This document shows positions 44,463 through 54,700 of a stretch of DNA of 64,000 nt, in pieces. The stretch spans positions 9,637-73,636 of the forward strand of contig JABWBQ010000006.1 in the NCBI GenBank assembly GCA_013360395.1. The letters are read 5' to 3'. The first letter of the stretch is position 1. Each line of letters opens with the position of its first letter. The notes under the pieces were generated by a model, which worked only from the letters and a program-made list of their open reading frames with translations, was not told the DNA's origin and searched no databases. The position numbers and the translations under genes were made by a program. This DNA is from Flavobacteriales bacterium. GTDB taxonomy: Bacteria; Bacteroidota; Bacteroidia; Flavobacteriales_F; PHOS-HE28.

Positions 44463-44524
44463 TGCTTTCAAATGGATCGTTCCTCACGGGCCGCGCCGGG
44501 CATTGCCGGCGGGTCGTGCGCTGC

Positions 44525-46210
44525 TCAGGCGAAGGCGGTGCGCAGTTCGTCCGCGAAGTAGCGCAGGGCGTTCCGCACGCCGAGGGGCAGGCCGCCGCCC
44601 AGGGCGCACAGCGAACCGATCTCCATGGTCTCGATGAGGTCCTCGAAGAGCGCGCGGTCCATCGGGCGGCCTGCACGCACACCCTGGATGAGCTCCCGGC
44701 CCCGCACCGAACCGATGCGGCAGGGGAAGCACTTGCCGCAGCTCTCGGCTTCGGTGAACGCGAAGAGGTGCTCCAGGTATTCGATCATGGGAAAGCCTGC
44801 CGGGATGCTCAGCACGCTCGCATGCCCGAGCAGGAAGCCTTCCTTCTGGAAGCTCTCGAAATCGATCGAGAGGGCGTTGACCTTCTCCAGCGGCACGATG
44901 CCGCCGAGCGGACCGCCGATGTGCAGCGCCTTGGTGGGGCGGGCAAAGCCCTGACCGAGCTCGTCGATCACACGGGCGAGCGGCGTGCCGCACTCCACCT
45001 CGTACAGGCCGGGGCGGTTGAAGCCGCTGTCCAGGCACACGAGCTTGCTGCCGTTGCTCTTCTCACTGCCGAGGCGTGCGAAGGCCGCCCCGCCATGTTC
45101 CACCACCCACGGTACGCACGCCAGCGTCTCCACGTTGTTCACCACCGTGGGCCGGTTGAACAGGCCCTGCTGGGCGGGGTAGGGGGGGCGTGTGCGCACC
45201 TCGCCACGCTTGCCCTCGATGCTGTTGAGCAGCGCGGTCTCCTCGCCGCACACATAGGCACCCGCCGCCTTGATCACCTTGAAGCGCCAGTTGACCCCGC
45301 TGCCCTTGATGTCCGTGCCGATCCAGCCGTTCGCCTCCAGTTCGTGCACCGCGTGGCGCACCGCGGCGATGGCCTCGGGGTACTCCGCCCGGATGTACAG
45401 CACGCCGGTGTCCGCCCCCACGCAACGACCGGCGATCATCATGCCCAGGAGCACGCGGTGCGGACGCTGTTCGAGCAGGTACCGGTCGCTGAAGGCCGCC
45501 GGATCGCCTTCGTCGGCGTTGCACACGATGTACTTGCGCGGGGTGCCGTTGCCGGTGACATCCTCCGCGTTGCGGCACGCCTCGAGCTTGAGGCCCATGG
45601 GGAAGCCCGCACCGCCGCGCCCGCGGATGGTGGCCACCTTGATCTCCTGGAGCACGTCGGCAGGATCGCTCTTCAGCACCCGCTCCCACAGTGCATAGAA
45701 CGCGGGCAGGGGCGGCATGGGCGCCGTGAGGATGGGGTGCTCCATGGTGGTCCCCACATGGTGCGCGCCACCGACGGGCACGGAGGCGGCGCCCGGAGCC
45801 TGCACCAGCTCGTCCAGCCGGTCGATGGCGTCCCCGCTGTAGTTGCGGCCACCCACGTGGAAGGCCCTGTTCTCATGGCAGCGGCCCAGGCAGCACATGT
45901 GCCCGATCTCCTCCTCCTTGAAGTGGCGGCGCAGTTCGTGATGCACCTGTTCCTGCGTGCCCGCCACCAAGCAGGCGCTGCCGTTGCACACGTAGGCCTT
46001 GAGGTCCTTGTTGCCCGGCTTCAGGAAGTCGTAGAAAGTGCTGGTACCGTAAGTGACCGCCTCGCCCACGAGGTAGTCGTCGGCGATGGCCGTGAGCGCC
46101 TCGGTGGACGGTGTGCCCGTCCCCTCCGCCGCCTGCTGCAACCGCTCCCACAGGGCGTCGTCCAGCTCCTTGCCATCCCGGCCGGAGAGGGAGGTGATGT
46201 TCTTGGACAT
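44525..46210 (-). CDS. fdsB: NAD-dependent formate dehydrogenase beta subunit, fused NuoE-like/NuoF-like (FdsGB type)
   Basis: N-terminal thioredoxin-like 2Fe-2S (CNGSACLVAG...CCLGRCHENRAF), then NuoF-like FMN/NAD binding (GRGGAGFPMGLK, CNADEGDPAAFSDR) and a 4Fe-4S site (ESCGKCFPCRIGS). Confidence 0.9.
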   Translation of the reverse strand: MSKNITSLSGRDGKELDDALWERLQQAAEGTGTPSTEALTAIADDYLVGEAVTYGTSTFYDFLKPGNKDLKAYVCNGSACLVAGTQEQVHHELRRHFKEEEIGHMCCLGRCHENRAFHVGGRNYSGDAIDRLDELVQAPGAASVPVGGAHHVGTTMEHPILTAPMPPLPAFYALWERVLKSDPADVLQEIKVATIRGRGGAGFPMGLKLEACRNAEDVTGNGTPRKYIVCNADEGDPAAFSDRYLLEQRPHRVLLGMMIAGRCVGADTGVLYIRAEYPEAIAAVRHAVHELEANGWIGTDIKGSGVNWRFKVIKAAGAYVCGEETALLNSIEGKRGEVRTRPPYPAQQGLFNRPTVVNNVETLACVPWVVEHGGAAFARLGSEKSNGSKLVCLDSGFNRPGLYEVECGTPLARVIDELGQGFARPTKALHIGGPLGGIVPLEKVNALSIDFESFQKEGFLLGHASVLSIPAGFPMIEYLEHLFAFTEAESCGKCFPCRIGSVRGRELIQGVRAGRPMDRALFEDLIETMEIGSLCALGGGLPLGVRNALRYFADELRTAFA

Positions 46211-46224
46211 GCGCTCCGAAGGTA

Positions 46225-46387
46225 GAGGCTATCTCAATAAGAACCTTTGAGCTGCGCGAGGGTCTTTGGCGCCCATACTTGGTTGTGAAAAGCCTTACAG
46301 CGCTACCGACCATGCTCGGCCCTCACGCCTCGCCTGGACGCGAAGTACCGCTCGCTCGTTTGAAAAAAGCATTGTGGAGATAGCCTC
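46225..46387 (+). repeat. dispersed ~160-bp element with 13-bp terminal inverted repeats (copy B)
   Basis: Begins gaggctatctcaa and ends ttgagatagcctc; homologous to 32514..32674; it is responsible for the similar 69-aa artefact ORFs 32456..32665 and 46303..46512. Confidence 0.7.
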
Positions 46388-46483
46388 AAGCGGACCTGGC
46401 GGCTCAGTGGACATGTAGACCCCCGGCCCCTTGCCCGGCATCCGGCCATTCGCCAACTTCGATGTATCAAACCCCGAACGATC

Positions 46484-47461
46484 ATGAAACTCCTGCTCAA
46501 GATCCTCGGCATCCTCCTCGTGCTGGTCGTGCTGGCCGGCCTGGGCGGCTATCTCTACCTGACCCGGGCCCTTCCCGATGTGGACGCCCCTGCCGACCTG
46601 AAGGTGGAGCTGACACCGGACCGCATCGAACGCGGACGTTACCTGGCCAACAGCGTGTGCGTGTGCATGGACTGCCATGCGCAACGGGACTGGAGCCTCT
46701 TCGCCGGCCCTCCCAAACCCGGCACCCTCGGTGCGGGCGGCGACAAGTTCGACCGCACCATGCAGTTCCCCGGCGAGTTCCATGCGCGCAACATCACCCC
46801 CTTCGGGCTGAAGGACTGGACCGATGGCGAGCTGTACCGCGCCATCACCAGCGGTGTGAGCCGGGACGGTCATCCCTTCTTCCCGGTTATGCCCTATCCG
46901 AACTACAACCGCATGGCCACCGAGGACGTGTACGCCATCATCGCCTACCTGCGCTCCCTGGACCCCATCACCACCGCGCCTTTTCCGGAGAGCGTCATCG
47001 ATTTCCCGGTGAACCTCATCATGCGCACGGTACCGGAACCCGCCCGGCCGATGGAACGCCCCGCCCCGGGCGATGCGCAGTACGGCGCGTATGTGATCAA
47101 TGCCGCGGCGTGCATCGAATGCCACACGAACACCGTGCAGGGCGAGCGCATCGGGGAGCCCTATGCGGGCGGCTTCGCGTTCAACTTCCCCGACGGTTCG
47201 GTGCTCCGTTCGGCCAACATCACCCCGCACTCCACGGACGGCATCGGGTCCTGGGACAAGGCGACCTTCATCCGGAAGTTCAAGCAATACACGGACAGCA
47301 CCTACGTGCCGGAGCGGGTGGCACCGGGTGCGTTCCAGACCGTGATGCCCTGGTCGATGTACGCCACCATGACCGAACAGGACCTGGGCGCGATCTACGA
47401 CTACCTCGCCGCGCTCAAGCCGGTGGCCGGCAAGGTGGAGAAGTGGACCCCGGCGCCATAG
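46484..47461 (+). CDS. diheme c-type cytochrome (membrane-anchored)
   Basis: MKLLLKILGILLVLVVLAGLGGYLYL N-terminal TM/signal; two CXXCH motifs (CMDCH and CIECH). Confidence 0.8.
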   Translation: MKLLLKILGILLVLVVLAGLGGYLYLTRALPDVDAPADLKVELTPDRIERGRYLANSVCVCMDCHAQRDWSLFAGPPKPGTLGAGGDKFDRTMQFPGEFHARNITPFGLKDWTDGELYRAITSGVSRDGHPFFPVMPYPNYNRMATEDVYAIIAYLRSLDPITTAPFPESVIDFPVNLIMRTVPEPARPMERPAPGDAQYGAYVINAAACIECHTNTVQGERIGEPYAGGFAFNFPDGSVLRSANITPHSTDGIGSWDKATFIRKFKQYTDSTYVPERVAPGAFQTVMPWSMYATMTEQDLGAIYDYLAALKPVAGKVEKWTPAP

Positions 47462-47628
47462 GCCGTTCATGCCCTTTGGACATCCGGTCCCACCGATCCG
47501 CCTGCTCTACTTCCTCAGGCCTCCACCGGGAGACCTGTCCTGTAGGCCCCGCTACACATCAGGTCTTCCGTTCCGCTTGTGAGCGAACAGCCACGCATCT
47601 TCGGCCGCTCTTGAATGTCCACCTGATG

Positions 47629-47802
47629 TCATTCGGTGCTGCGGCCGCGGTGCTTGGGCCTGCGCGCGTATGTCTTGCGGCTTCGCACCACGCGCGGGCG
47701 GAAACGTCCGTCGAAGGCGCCGGCCTCCTTCTGGGCCGCGCGTTTGGCCGAGCGGTCCAGCGAGGCGGGTGTACGGCGCTTGGGCCTGCGCTTCGCGGTC
47801 AT
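47629..47802 (-). CDS. small Arg/Lys-rich protein (57 aa), possibly spurious
   Basis: MTAKRRPKRRTPASLDRSAKRAAQKEAGAFDGRFRPRVVRSRKTYARRPKHRGRSTE; its ATG overlaps the GNAT stop in an ATGA arrangement, but Arg-rich ORFs are common artefacts in 70%-GC DNA. Confidence 0.3.
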   Translation of the reverse strand: MTAKRRPKRRTPASLDRSAKRAAQKEAGAFDGRFRPRVVRSRKTYARRPKHRGRSTE

Positions 47803-48326
47803 GGGCGCAGGATGCCGTAGTAGAGCAGGTCCGTGAACTCGCCCGAGGCGGTGCGGAACTCGCCCCGCAGCACGCCCTCGCGGAGGAAGCCGCACTGCTC
47901 CACCACCCGGATGCTCGCCGCGTTGTCCGGTGCGATGCGCGCCACCGCCTTGCGCATGCCCAGCCTGCCGAAGGCATGGTCCACGGCCCACATCACGCCC
48001 AGGGTGGCGTAGCCCTGCCCGCCGTGCGCTTCGCTGATGAAGTAGGCCACCTCGCACTTGCCCAGGGCGTGGTCGAACTGTTTGAGGATGAGCGCCCCGA
48101 TGGGGTCGGATCCCTCGTAGTCGCGCAGCATGAAGCAGTGGAAGCTGCCCGCCTTGGCCGAGGCCACCAGTTCCTTGAGGTACCTGCGCGTGGCCCCCAC
48201 GTCCGTGCATCGGCTCACGGTCACCGGGAAGTAGGGACGGAGGCGGGCCTGCTCGCGGCTCACCAGGCGGTGGAAGCCCGCATCGTCGGTCTTGCACGCC
48301 GGCTCGATGATGACCGAATCGCTCAT
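47799..48326 (-). CDS. GNAT family N-acetyltransferase (RimJ/RimL-like)
   Basis: M at residue 157 of track ORF 47799..48794: MSDSVIIEPACK..., with the acetyl-CoA motif FISEAHGGQGYATLGVMWAVDHAF. ATGA overlap with yhhQ upstream. Confidence 0.8.
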   Translation of the reverse strand: MSDSVIIEPACKTDDAGFHRLVSREQARLRPYFPVTVSRCTDVGATRRYLKELVASAKAGSFHCFMLRDYEGSDPIGALILKQFDHALGKCEVAYFISEAHGGQGYATLGVMWAVDHAFGRLGMRKAVARIAPDNAASIRVVEQCGFLREGVLRGEFRTASGEFTDLLYYGILRP

Positions 48327-49108
48327 GGCGCGTCCCTTTGCCGCACCGCCGCCGCACGCAGGGCCGCAGCGCGCTCCGTGCCAAGATAGCGTTCCACGGC
48401 GGCGTGCACGAGATAGACCAGCGGTGTGCTCAGCACGGCCACGACCAGCTTGTAGGCATAGGCCGTGAGCACCAGCGCGGTGCACAAGGCGAAGCTCCAG
48501 CCCTTGAACACCCAGAAGGCCACATAGGTCACCACCACGCTGTCGATCAGCTGGCTCACCAGGGTGCTGCCCGTGGCGCGCAGCCAGATCCGCCGGTCGC
48601 CCGTCATGCGCTTGATCGCCCGGAAGCTGAAGGCGTCCACCAGCTGGCCGACGATGAAGGCCGTGAGCGAACCGACGATGATGTTCATGCCCTGGCCGAA
48701 GATGCCCACGAACGCCGCCTGCATGTCCGGCACCCCCTGCTCCACGCTGCTGGTGGTCCAGAAGTCCGCCGGTGGCATGTGGATGGCGCACCACAATACG
48801 AAGAACGCGAAGGCGATCAGGGAGGCCGTGAGCATGGTCAGGAAGCGCACCCCGCGCACCCCGTAGTAATCGTTGATCACATCGGTCATGATGAAGACGA
48901 TGGGCCAGGGCAGCACCCCCACGCTCAGCACGAAGCTCAGGTGCGGCTGGCCCAGCAGCGTGAAGTCCGCCCGTTCCATCCCCAGCGCATCCTCCAGCTG
49001 GAAGAGCTTCACACCGATCATCTCCGCGACCAGCGCGTTGGCCACGAAGAGCCCGCCCAGGACGAGGTAGAGGCGTGTGGCCTTGTCGGCCAGGATCGTG
49101 CGGTTCAT
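48323..49108 (-). CDS. yhhQ: queuosine precursor (preQ0/preQ1) transporter YhhQ family (DUF165/VUT)
   Basis: MNRTILADKATRLYLVLGGLFVANALVAEMIGVKLFQ..., six TM, DUF165-like conserved segments; 4-nt overlaps with the MOSC and GNAT genes. Confidence 0.8.
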   Translation of the reverse strand: MNRTILADKATRLYLVLGGLFVANALVAEMIGVKLFQLEDALGMERADFTLLGQPHLSFVLSVGVLPWPIVFIMTDVINDYYGVRGVRFLTMLTASLIAFAFFVLWCAIHMPPADFWTTSSVEQGVPDMQAAFVGIFGQGMNIIVGSLTAFIVGQLVDAFSFRAIKRMTGDRRIWLRATGSTLVSQLIDSVVVTYVAFWVFKGWSFALCTALVLTAYAYKLVVAVLSTPLVYLVHAAVERYLGTERAAALRAAAVRQRDAP

Positions 49109-49902
49109 GGTGAGGCGGGGATCGTGACCGGATCGCCCGCCCGGACCAGGCCCTGGGGATCGGCCACGGCGTTCATGCCGAAACGCACCTTGCCGTCCAC
49201 GGCGCGGTAGGTGGCCAGCGTGCGCAGCGGCTCCTTGCCGCGTTCGCCCGTGCGCTGGTCGGTGGTGGGGATGACGCACCGTGCGCAGGGCTTCACCAGG
49301 CGGAACGACGCGTCGCCGATGCGGATGCCGCCCCAGCCGTCCTCCTGGTACGCCGCACCACCCGCGATCACCAGGTTGGGCCGGAAGCGGTCCATGGGCA
49401 CCGGCATGGTGAGGCGCGCATTGAGGTCGTCCAACGACGCCTGCGAGATGATCAAGTACGGGAACGCGTCGTTGAAGGCGACCAGTGCGGTGGCGTAGTG
49501 GGGATCCACTTCGCGCCGGGTCTCTTCCGGCAGGTGGACCGCACGCAGTGGCCGGCCCGACCGCGCGCTGAACCATGCGGCGAGGTCCTTGCCGCCCTCG
49601 CGCGCGCGCACGCGCGTTCCCCATATCTCCACGAGGCGGTCGGTGCCGTGTTCGAGCGTCCACGGCAGCCACAGTACGCTCCCATCCCGCCGGTCGGTCA
49701 CGGTGAAACCGTCGCCTTCCGGTGCGGTGGCCAGGCAGGCCAGTGCCGGCAGCTCGCGCTGGGTGACGAAGCGCCCATCCTCATCCACCAGCATCCAGCG
49801 ACGGTCGTGCTCCAGGCCACGGTCCGTCAAACGCGCCTGCGTCACCGGGAAGCCGCCGAGCGACTTCACCGGGTGGATGTGGATGGAGGCCAGGGTGTGC
49901 AT
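49105..49902 (-). CDS. MOSC domain protein (YcbX-like molybdenum-cofactor sulfurase C-terminal domain)
   Basis: MHTLASIHIHPVKSLGG... matches the YcbX N-terminus (M7 of the track ORF); MOSC beta-barrel with the conserved Cys in LVKPCARCVIPTTDQRTGERG. Confidence 0.8.
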   Translation of the reverse strand: MHTLASIHIHPVKSLGGFPVTQARLTDRGLEHDRRWMLVDEDGRFVTQRELPALACLATAPEGDGFTVTDRRDGSVLWLPWTLEHGTDRLVEIWGTRVRAREGGKDLAAWFSARSGRPLRAVHLPEETRREVDPHYATALVAFNDAFPYLIISQASLDDLNARLTMPVPMDRFRPNLVIAGGAAYQEDGWGGIRIGDASFRLVKPCARCVIPTTDQRTGERGKEPLRTLATYRAVDGKVRFGMNAVADPQGLVRAGDPVTIPASP

Positions 49903-50029
49903 GGTGCCCTGTGCGGACATCGGTCAGGAGGCGCAAGGTAGCCGCGTCGATCCTTGCCGTATGCGGATCGTGGCGCTGCCGTCGTTGTATCCCTCGCCGG
50001 GTGCCGATGCTTGCCGATACTTTTGACCC

Positions 50030-51667
50030 ATGCACCTGCTCTTCCATCGCTGCCTCCTGCTTCTGCTCCTGGCACCGGGGGCATCACTGGCCCAATCGGT
50101 CCAACCGTTCGTGGACCACTGGGACAGCACCCGCACGGTGAAGCGCAGCGAGGGTCTCTTCGTCAACGGGCGCGAATGGGGGCTGTGGCGCTTCTGGGAC
50201 CCGCAGGGCCGGCTGTACGAGGAGGCCGAGTTCAAGGGCGGTGAGCGCGACGGCCATGTGCGGCTCTTCTACGACAACGGCCAGGTACGCCACGACGGAT
50301 GGTTCGCCCGGGGGGCGCAGGACAGCCTGATGCAGAGCTTCTACCGCAGCGGCACACCCATGGAGCGCGGGCACTATGCCCAGGGCCGGAAGCGCGGGCT
50401 GTGGGAGTACTGGTACGCTGACGGAAGGCCCTACATGCGGGAGCAGTGCGCCGACACCCTCTGTCTGCTGCTCGACGCCTGGGACACGGTCGGCACGCAG
50501 ACCGTGAAGAACGGCACGGGCACCCTGCGCACCTGGTTCGCCAGCGGCGCCCTGCGGTCCGAGACCGCCTACGTGGCCGGTGTGCCCAGCGGCCCCTGCC
50601 GTGAACTCTACCCCGCCGGCAATCCGCAGGCCACGGGCGCCTACCTCGGCGGTGTGAAGCATGGCGCCTGGTCCTACTTCTACAGCGATGGTCGGCCCGA
50701 GAAAGAGGAGCGGTATTTCCGTGGGCGGCTGCACGGACCCTTCCAACTGTTCTTCCGCAGCGGCCAGGCCAACATCACGGGGCGCTATCGCGACGGGCTC
50801 AAGGACAGTCTCTGGACCTGGTACACCAGCACCGGCCAGCCCGACATGCAGGGCGGGTTCGCGGCGGACAAGCGGCAGGGGCTGTGGAAGTACTGGTACC
50901 CCGGCGGACAGTTGAGCAGCACAGGCACCTATGCCGACGACCGCGAAGAGGGCGAATGGGTGTACTTCTACGAGGGCGGCCAATTCTGGAAGAAGGGCCG
51001 CTATGCCGCAGGGGCGAAGCAGGGCGTGTGGACCACCTGGTACGAGAGCGGGCAGAAGCTGCAGGAAGGCCCCTACGTGAACGACCTCAGCGAGGGCCAG
51101 TGGACCAGCTGGTTCGAGAACGGGAACATGAAGGACCAGGGCGGCTTCACCGCAGGGCGCATCGCGGGACTTTGGAAGGGCTGGTACCCCGATGGGCAGC
51201 AGGAGTACGAGGGCAGCTGGAAGGACGACCTGAAGGACGGCGCCTGGAAGTTCTGGTACGAGAACGGCCGGTTGAAGGAGGAGGGCTACTACGCGGCGGG
51301 CAAGCGTGCCGGACGCTGGGTGGCGTTCAACACCGCGGGCCTGCCGATCAGCGAAGGCACCTACGAGAACGGCACTCCCACCGGCCGCTGGACCTATTTC
51401 GACGATGCCGGTGTGAAGCTGCGCGAGCAGGAACTGCTGAACGGCGACCCGCATGGACGCTGCGAGGTGTACGACCATCGCGGGCGGGTGGTGCAGCGCA
51501 TGAGCTATGTGCATGGCCGCCTGCATGGCACCATGGAGTTCCTCGATGCCGACGGCCGTGTCACCCGGTCCATCACGTACAAGGACGGATCGCAGGTGAA
51601 GGAGCCCGCGCCGGTGAAGCAGGAACGTGCGCCTGCCGCGGTACCCGGCATGGACCGCCGACGCTGA
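50030..51667 (+). CDS. secreted MORN-repeat protein (YwqK-antitoxin-like repeat family)
   Basis: Signal peptide MHLLFHRCLLLLLLAPGASLAQ, then about 14 tandem G.W..WY.NGQ....G.Y..G...G.W MORN-variant repeats. Confidence 0.75.
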   Translation: MHLLFHRCLLLLLLAPGASLAQSVQPFVDHWDSTRTVKRSEGLFVNGREWGLWRFWDPQGRLYEEAEFKGGERDGHVRLFYDNGQVRHDGWFARGAQDSLMQSFYRSGTPMERGHYAQGRKRGLWEYWYADGRPYMREQCADTLCLLLDAWDTVGTQTVKNGTGTLRTWFASGALRSETAYVAGVPSGPCRELYPAGNPQATGAYLGGVKHGAWSYFYSDGRPEKEERYFRGRLHGPFQLFFRSGQANITGRYRDGLKDSLWTWYTSTGQPDMQGGFAADKRQGLWKYWYPGGQLSSTGTYADDREEGEWVYFYEGGQFWKKGRYAAGAKQGVWTTWYESGQKLQEGPYVNDLSEGQWTSWFENGNMKDQGGFTAGRIAGLWKGWYPDGQQEYEGSWKDDLKDGAWKFWYENGRLKEEGYYAAGKRAGRWVAFNTAGLPISEGTYENGTPTGRWTYFDDAGVKLREQELLNGDPHGRCEVYDHRGRVVQRMSYVHGRLHGTMEFLDADGRVTRSITYKDGSQVKEPAPVKQERAPAAVPGMDRRR

Positions 51668-51719
51668 GGACGGGCCGGTGCGGGGGATCCGGTAACTTTT
51701 CCGGACCTATCTGTCGGCC

Positions 51720-54700
51720 ATGAACCCCCGATCGCTCCTGCTCCCGGCCGTGATGGTGGCGGCCCTGCAATCCCATCCCGGCGTCCTGCCCGCCCAGGTG
51801 AACAGGATCTACCTGGCCCCCGACGACCATACCGACTACCTCTGGAGCGGAACGGTGGCCGATTACGAGCAGTGGATCCCGCAGATGATCGACCACTACC
51901 TCGACCTGAACGACTCCACCGCCGGGTACCCGGCGCCCTACCGCAACAAGTGGAACTGCGACGGCTGGTACTGGGTGGAGATCTACAAGCGCAACCGGCC
52001 GGCCGCGCAGTTCGACCGGCTGATCGCACAGTTGCAGAGCGGCCGCATCACCGTGCCGCTCAACGGGCTGGTGTGCACGCACGGCGGCAACACCACCGAG
52101 GGCGTGATCCGCTCGGGCTACTACGCCGGCCGGCTGCAACGGCAGTACGGCATCGACATCCCTGTGGCGATCAGCATGGAGAACCAGACCCAGCCCCTTG
52201 GCCTGGCCTCGCTGTGGAACGGCATGGGGGCGCGGTACAGCTGGAAGGGCGTGTGCGGATGCGCCACGCAGGTCCCCGGGCTCGGCCAGCGGGAGCACGA
52301 GATCCACCGTTACACGGGCCTCGATGGTTCCGGGGTCCTGATGAAGTGGTACAGCCTCACCTACAACCAGGGCCTGGGCGGCTATGCCGAGGCCTTCGAC
52401 CCCAACACCGCAGTGGACCAGTGCCTGGACAAGCTCAACAGCGTGGCCTTTCCGCACAACTACCCGTACACGGTGGCCGGTGCCTTCGGCCATGGATGGG
52501 ACAACACCTTCACGCTGGACAGCAGCTTCCCCGCCGTGGCCATGGCCCGCAGCAACGACAGCGTCCAGTGCCACGTGAGCAACATGAAGGACTTCTTCGA
52601 GGACTTCGAGGCCACGTACGGCGGAACGCTGCCCGGCCAGTCGTTGAGCTTCGGCAATGAATGGGACTTGGACTGCGCGAGCATCGCCGAGGTCACCGGG
52701 CGCATGCGGCGCGGCATTGAGCGCCTGCGCAGCGCCGAAGCCGTGGCCGCCCTCGCCGCGCGGTACGACCCCGCCGTGTGGACGGACCTGGCGGTGCCGC
52801 GCGAGCAGGCCCACACGGCCATCGCCCTCTACTGGGAGCACAACATGGGCGGGGGCGGCGTGGTGCCTGCCAACGACAGGGCCCTGTGGCAGCGCGGCCT
52901 GGAGGCGCAGGTGACCGGTTATTCGACGCAGCTGCTCAACGACGCCATGGCCTCGCTGGGTGCGCGGATCGACGCGGGCGGCGAGCTGCGCTTCGTGGTG
53001 GTGAACCCGCTGGGCCACCAGCGCACCGACGTGGCCGACCTGCCGTACGCGGGCCCGCAACCCGTGCAGGTGGTGGACCGCACCACCGCCACCGTGATCC
53101 CCTCTCAGGTGATCCAGAAGGATGGCGCCACCTACATCCGCATCCTGGCCACCGCCGTGCCGGCGGCGGGCTACAAGGTCTTCACCGTGCAACCGGGCGA
53201 CCCGCCGGTGCTGCCCAACACGGCCACCCTGGAGACGCACCTGTTCGAGAGCGACCGCTTCCGCATCAGCATGAGCGGTGAAGGGGTGATCACCAGCCTG
53301 CGCGACAAGCTTGCCAACCGCAGCTACGCCGGCACGGTGAACGGCCGCATCATGAACGACCTGGGCGCCTTCACCGCCCCGGGCGGCATCAAGTACCTGG
53401 TGAACAACGGCCCCATCAGCGCCACGGTGCAGACCGAGGGCGTGATCCCCCTGGGACACGATGTGCGCGTGACCCTGTACAAGGACCTGCACCGCGTGGA
53501 CGTGGAGGACCGCATCACCGACAACTTCAGCGACACGCTGGACTGGGCCTTCGGCGTGCAGATCGTGAACGCCACGGTGCACCACGAGGAGCTGGGCGCC
53601 ATCCTCACGGCCAGGCTGAGCAACGCCGGCGGCCACTACGCCACGCAGAACGCCCGCTACGACCAGCTCACCCTGGGCCACTTCGCCGACATCAGCAACG
53701 CGCAGTACGGTCTTTCGGTGAGCACCTCCGGGCCCGCCTTCCTGCGGCTGGGGAACAGCACCGTGGGTTCCTTCGACAGCGGCAGCAGCCAGCTGCGTTT
53801 CACGGCCGGCGGCAACTTCCAGGGCAGTGGCCCGGGCATCCCCGCGCAGCATGGCGACACCCTCTTCCACTATGCCTTCAGCCTGCGCCCGCATGAGGGC
53901 CCCTACGATCCGGTGGCGGCCATGCGCGGCGCGTTGGAGCACCAGAACCCCTTGGTGGTGGGCCTCTGCACCGGCACAGGCGGACCCTATCCCGACACCT
54001 CGTTCGGGGCCTTCACCTTCAGCGATCCCCATGTGATGCTATGGGCCCTGAAACCGGCCGAGGAGGGCATCGGCAATGGCCTCATCGCACGGCTATGGAA
54101 CGTGAGCGATGCGACGCACAGCACCACGCTGGCTTCGCCCTGGGGTCTGGAAGCAGCGCAGACCGCCACGCACATCGAGACCAACACCGGAGCCGCCCCG
54201 CTCTCGAACGGCACCCTCACCGCCTCCTTCGGTCCGCAACAGATGCGCACCTTCCGGCTCACCCCGGGCGGTCCGTCCGTGCAACTGGCGCTGCGCACCG
54301 CGCTCGAGGGGCCCTGGTCCACCATCGATCAACTGATGCGCGATGACCTCCGTGCCGCGGCGCTGCTGCCGCTCACCGAGCCGTACACCGCGCTGGGCTA
54401 CACGCACGTGGGCGGGGGCGGGGAGACCACCGTGCCCGCCGTGCTGCAGGTGAGCGGTGCCGATGCCGTCGTGGACTGGGTGGTGGTGGAATTGCGCGAT
54501 GCGGCGACGCCGTCCACGGTGGTGGCCACACGATGCGGGCTGCTTCAACGCGACGGGGACGTGGTGGGGACCGACGGCCTTTCGCCGCTTTCCTTCAACG
54601 CGCCCGCCGGCAGCTACCGCATCGCCGTGCGCCACCGCAACCACCTCGGTGCCATGACGGCCGCGGCCTTTGCGCTCGCAGGAGCGCCCCTGGCCGTGGA

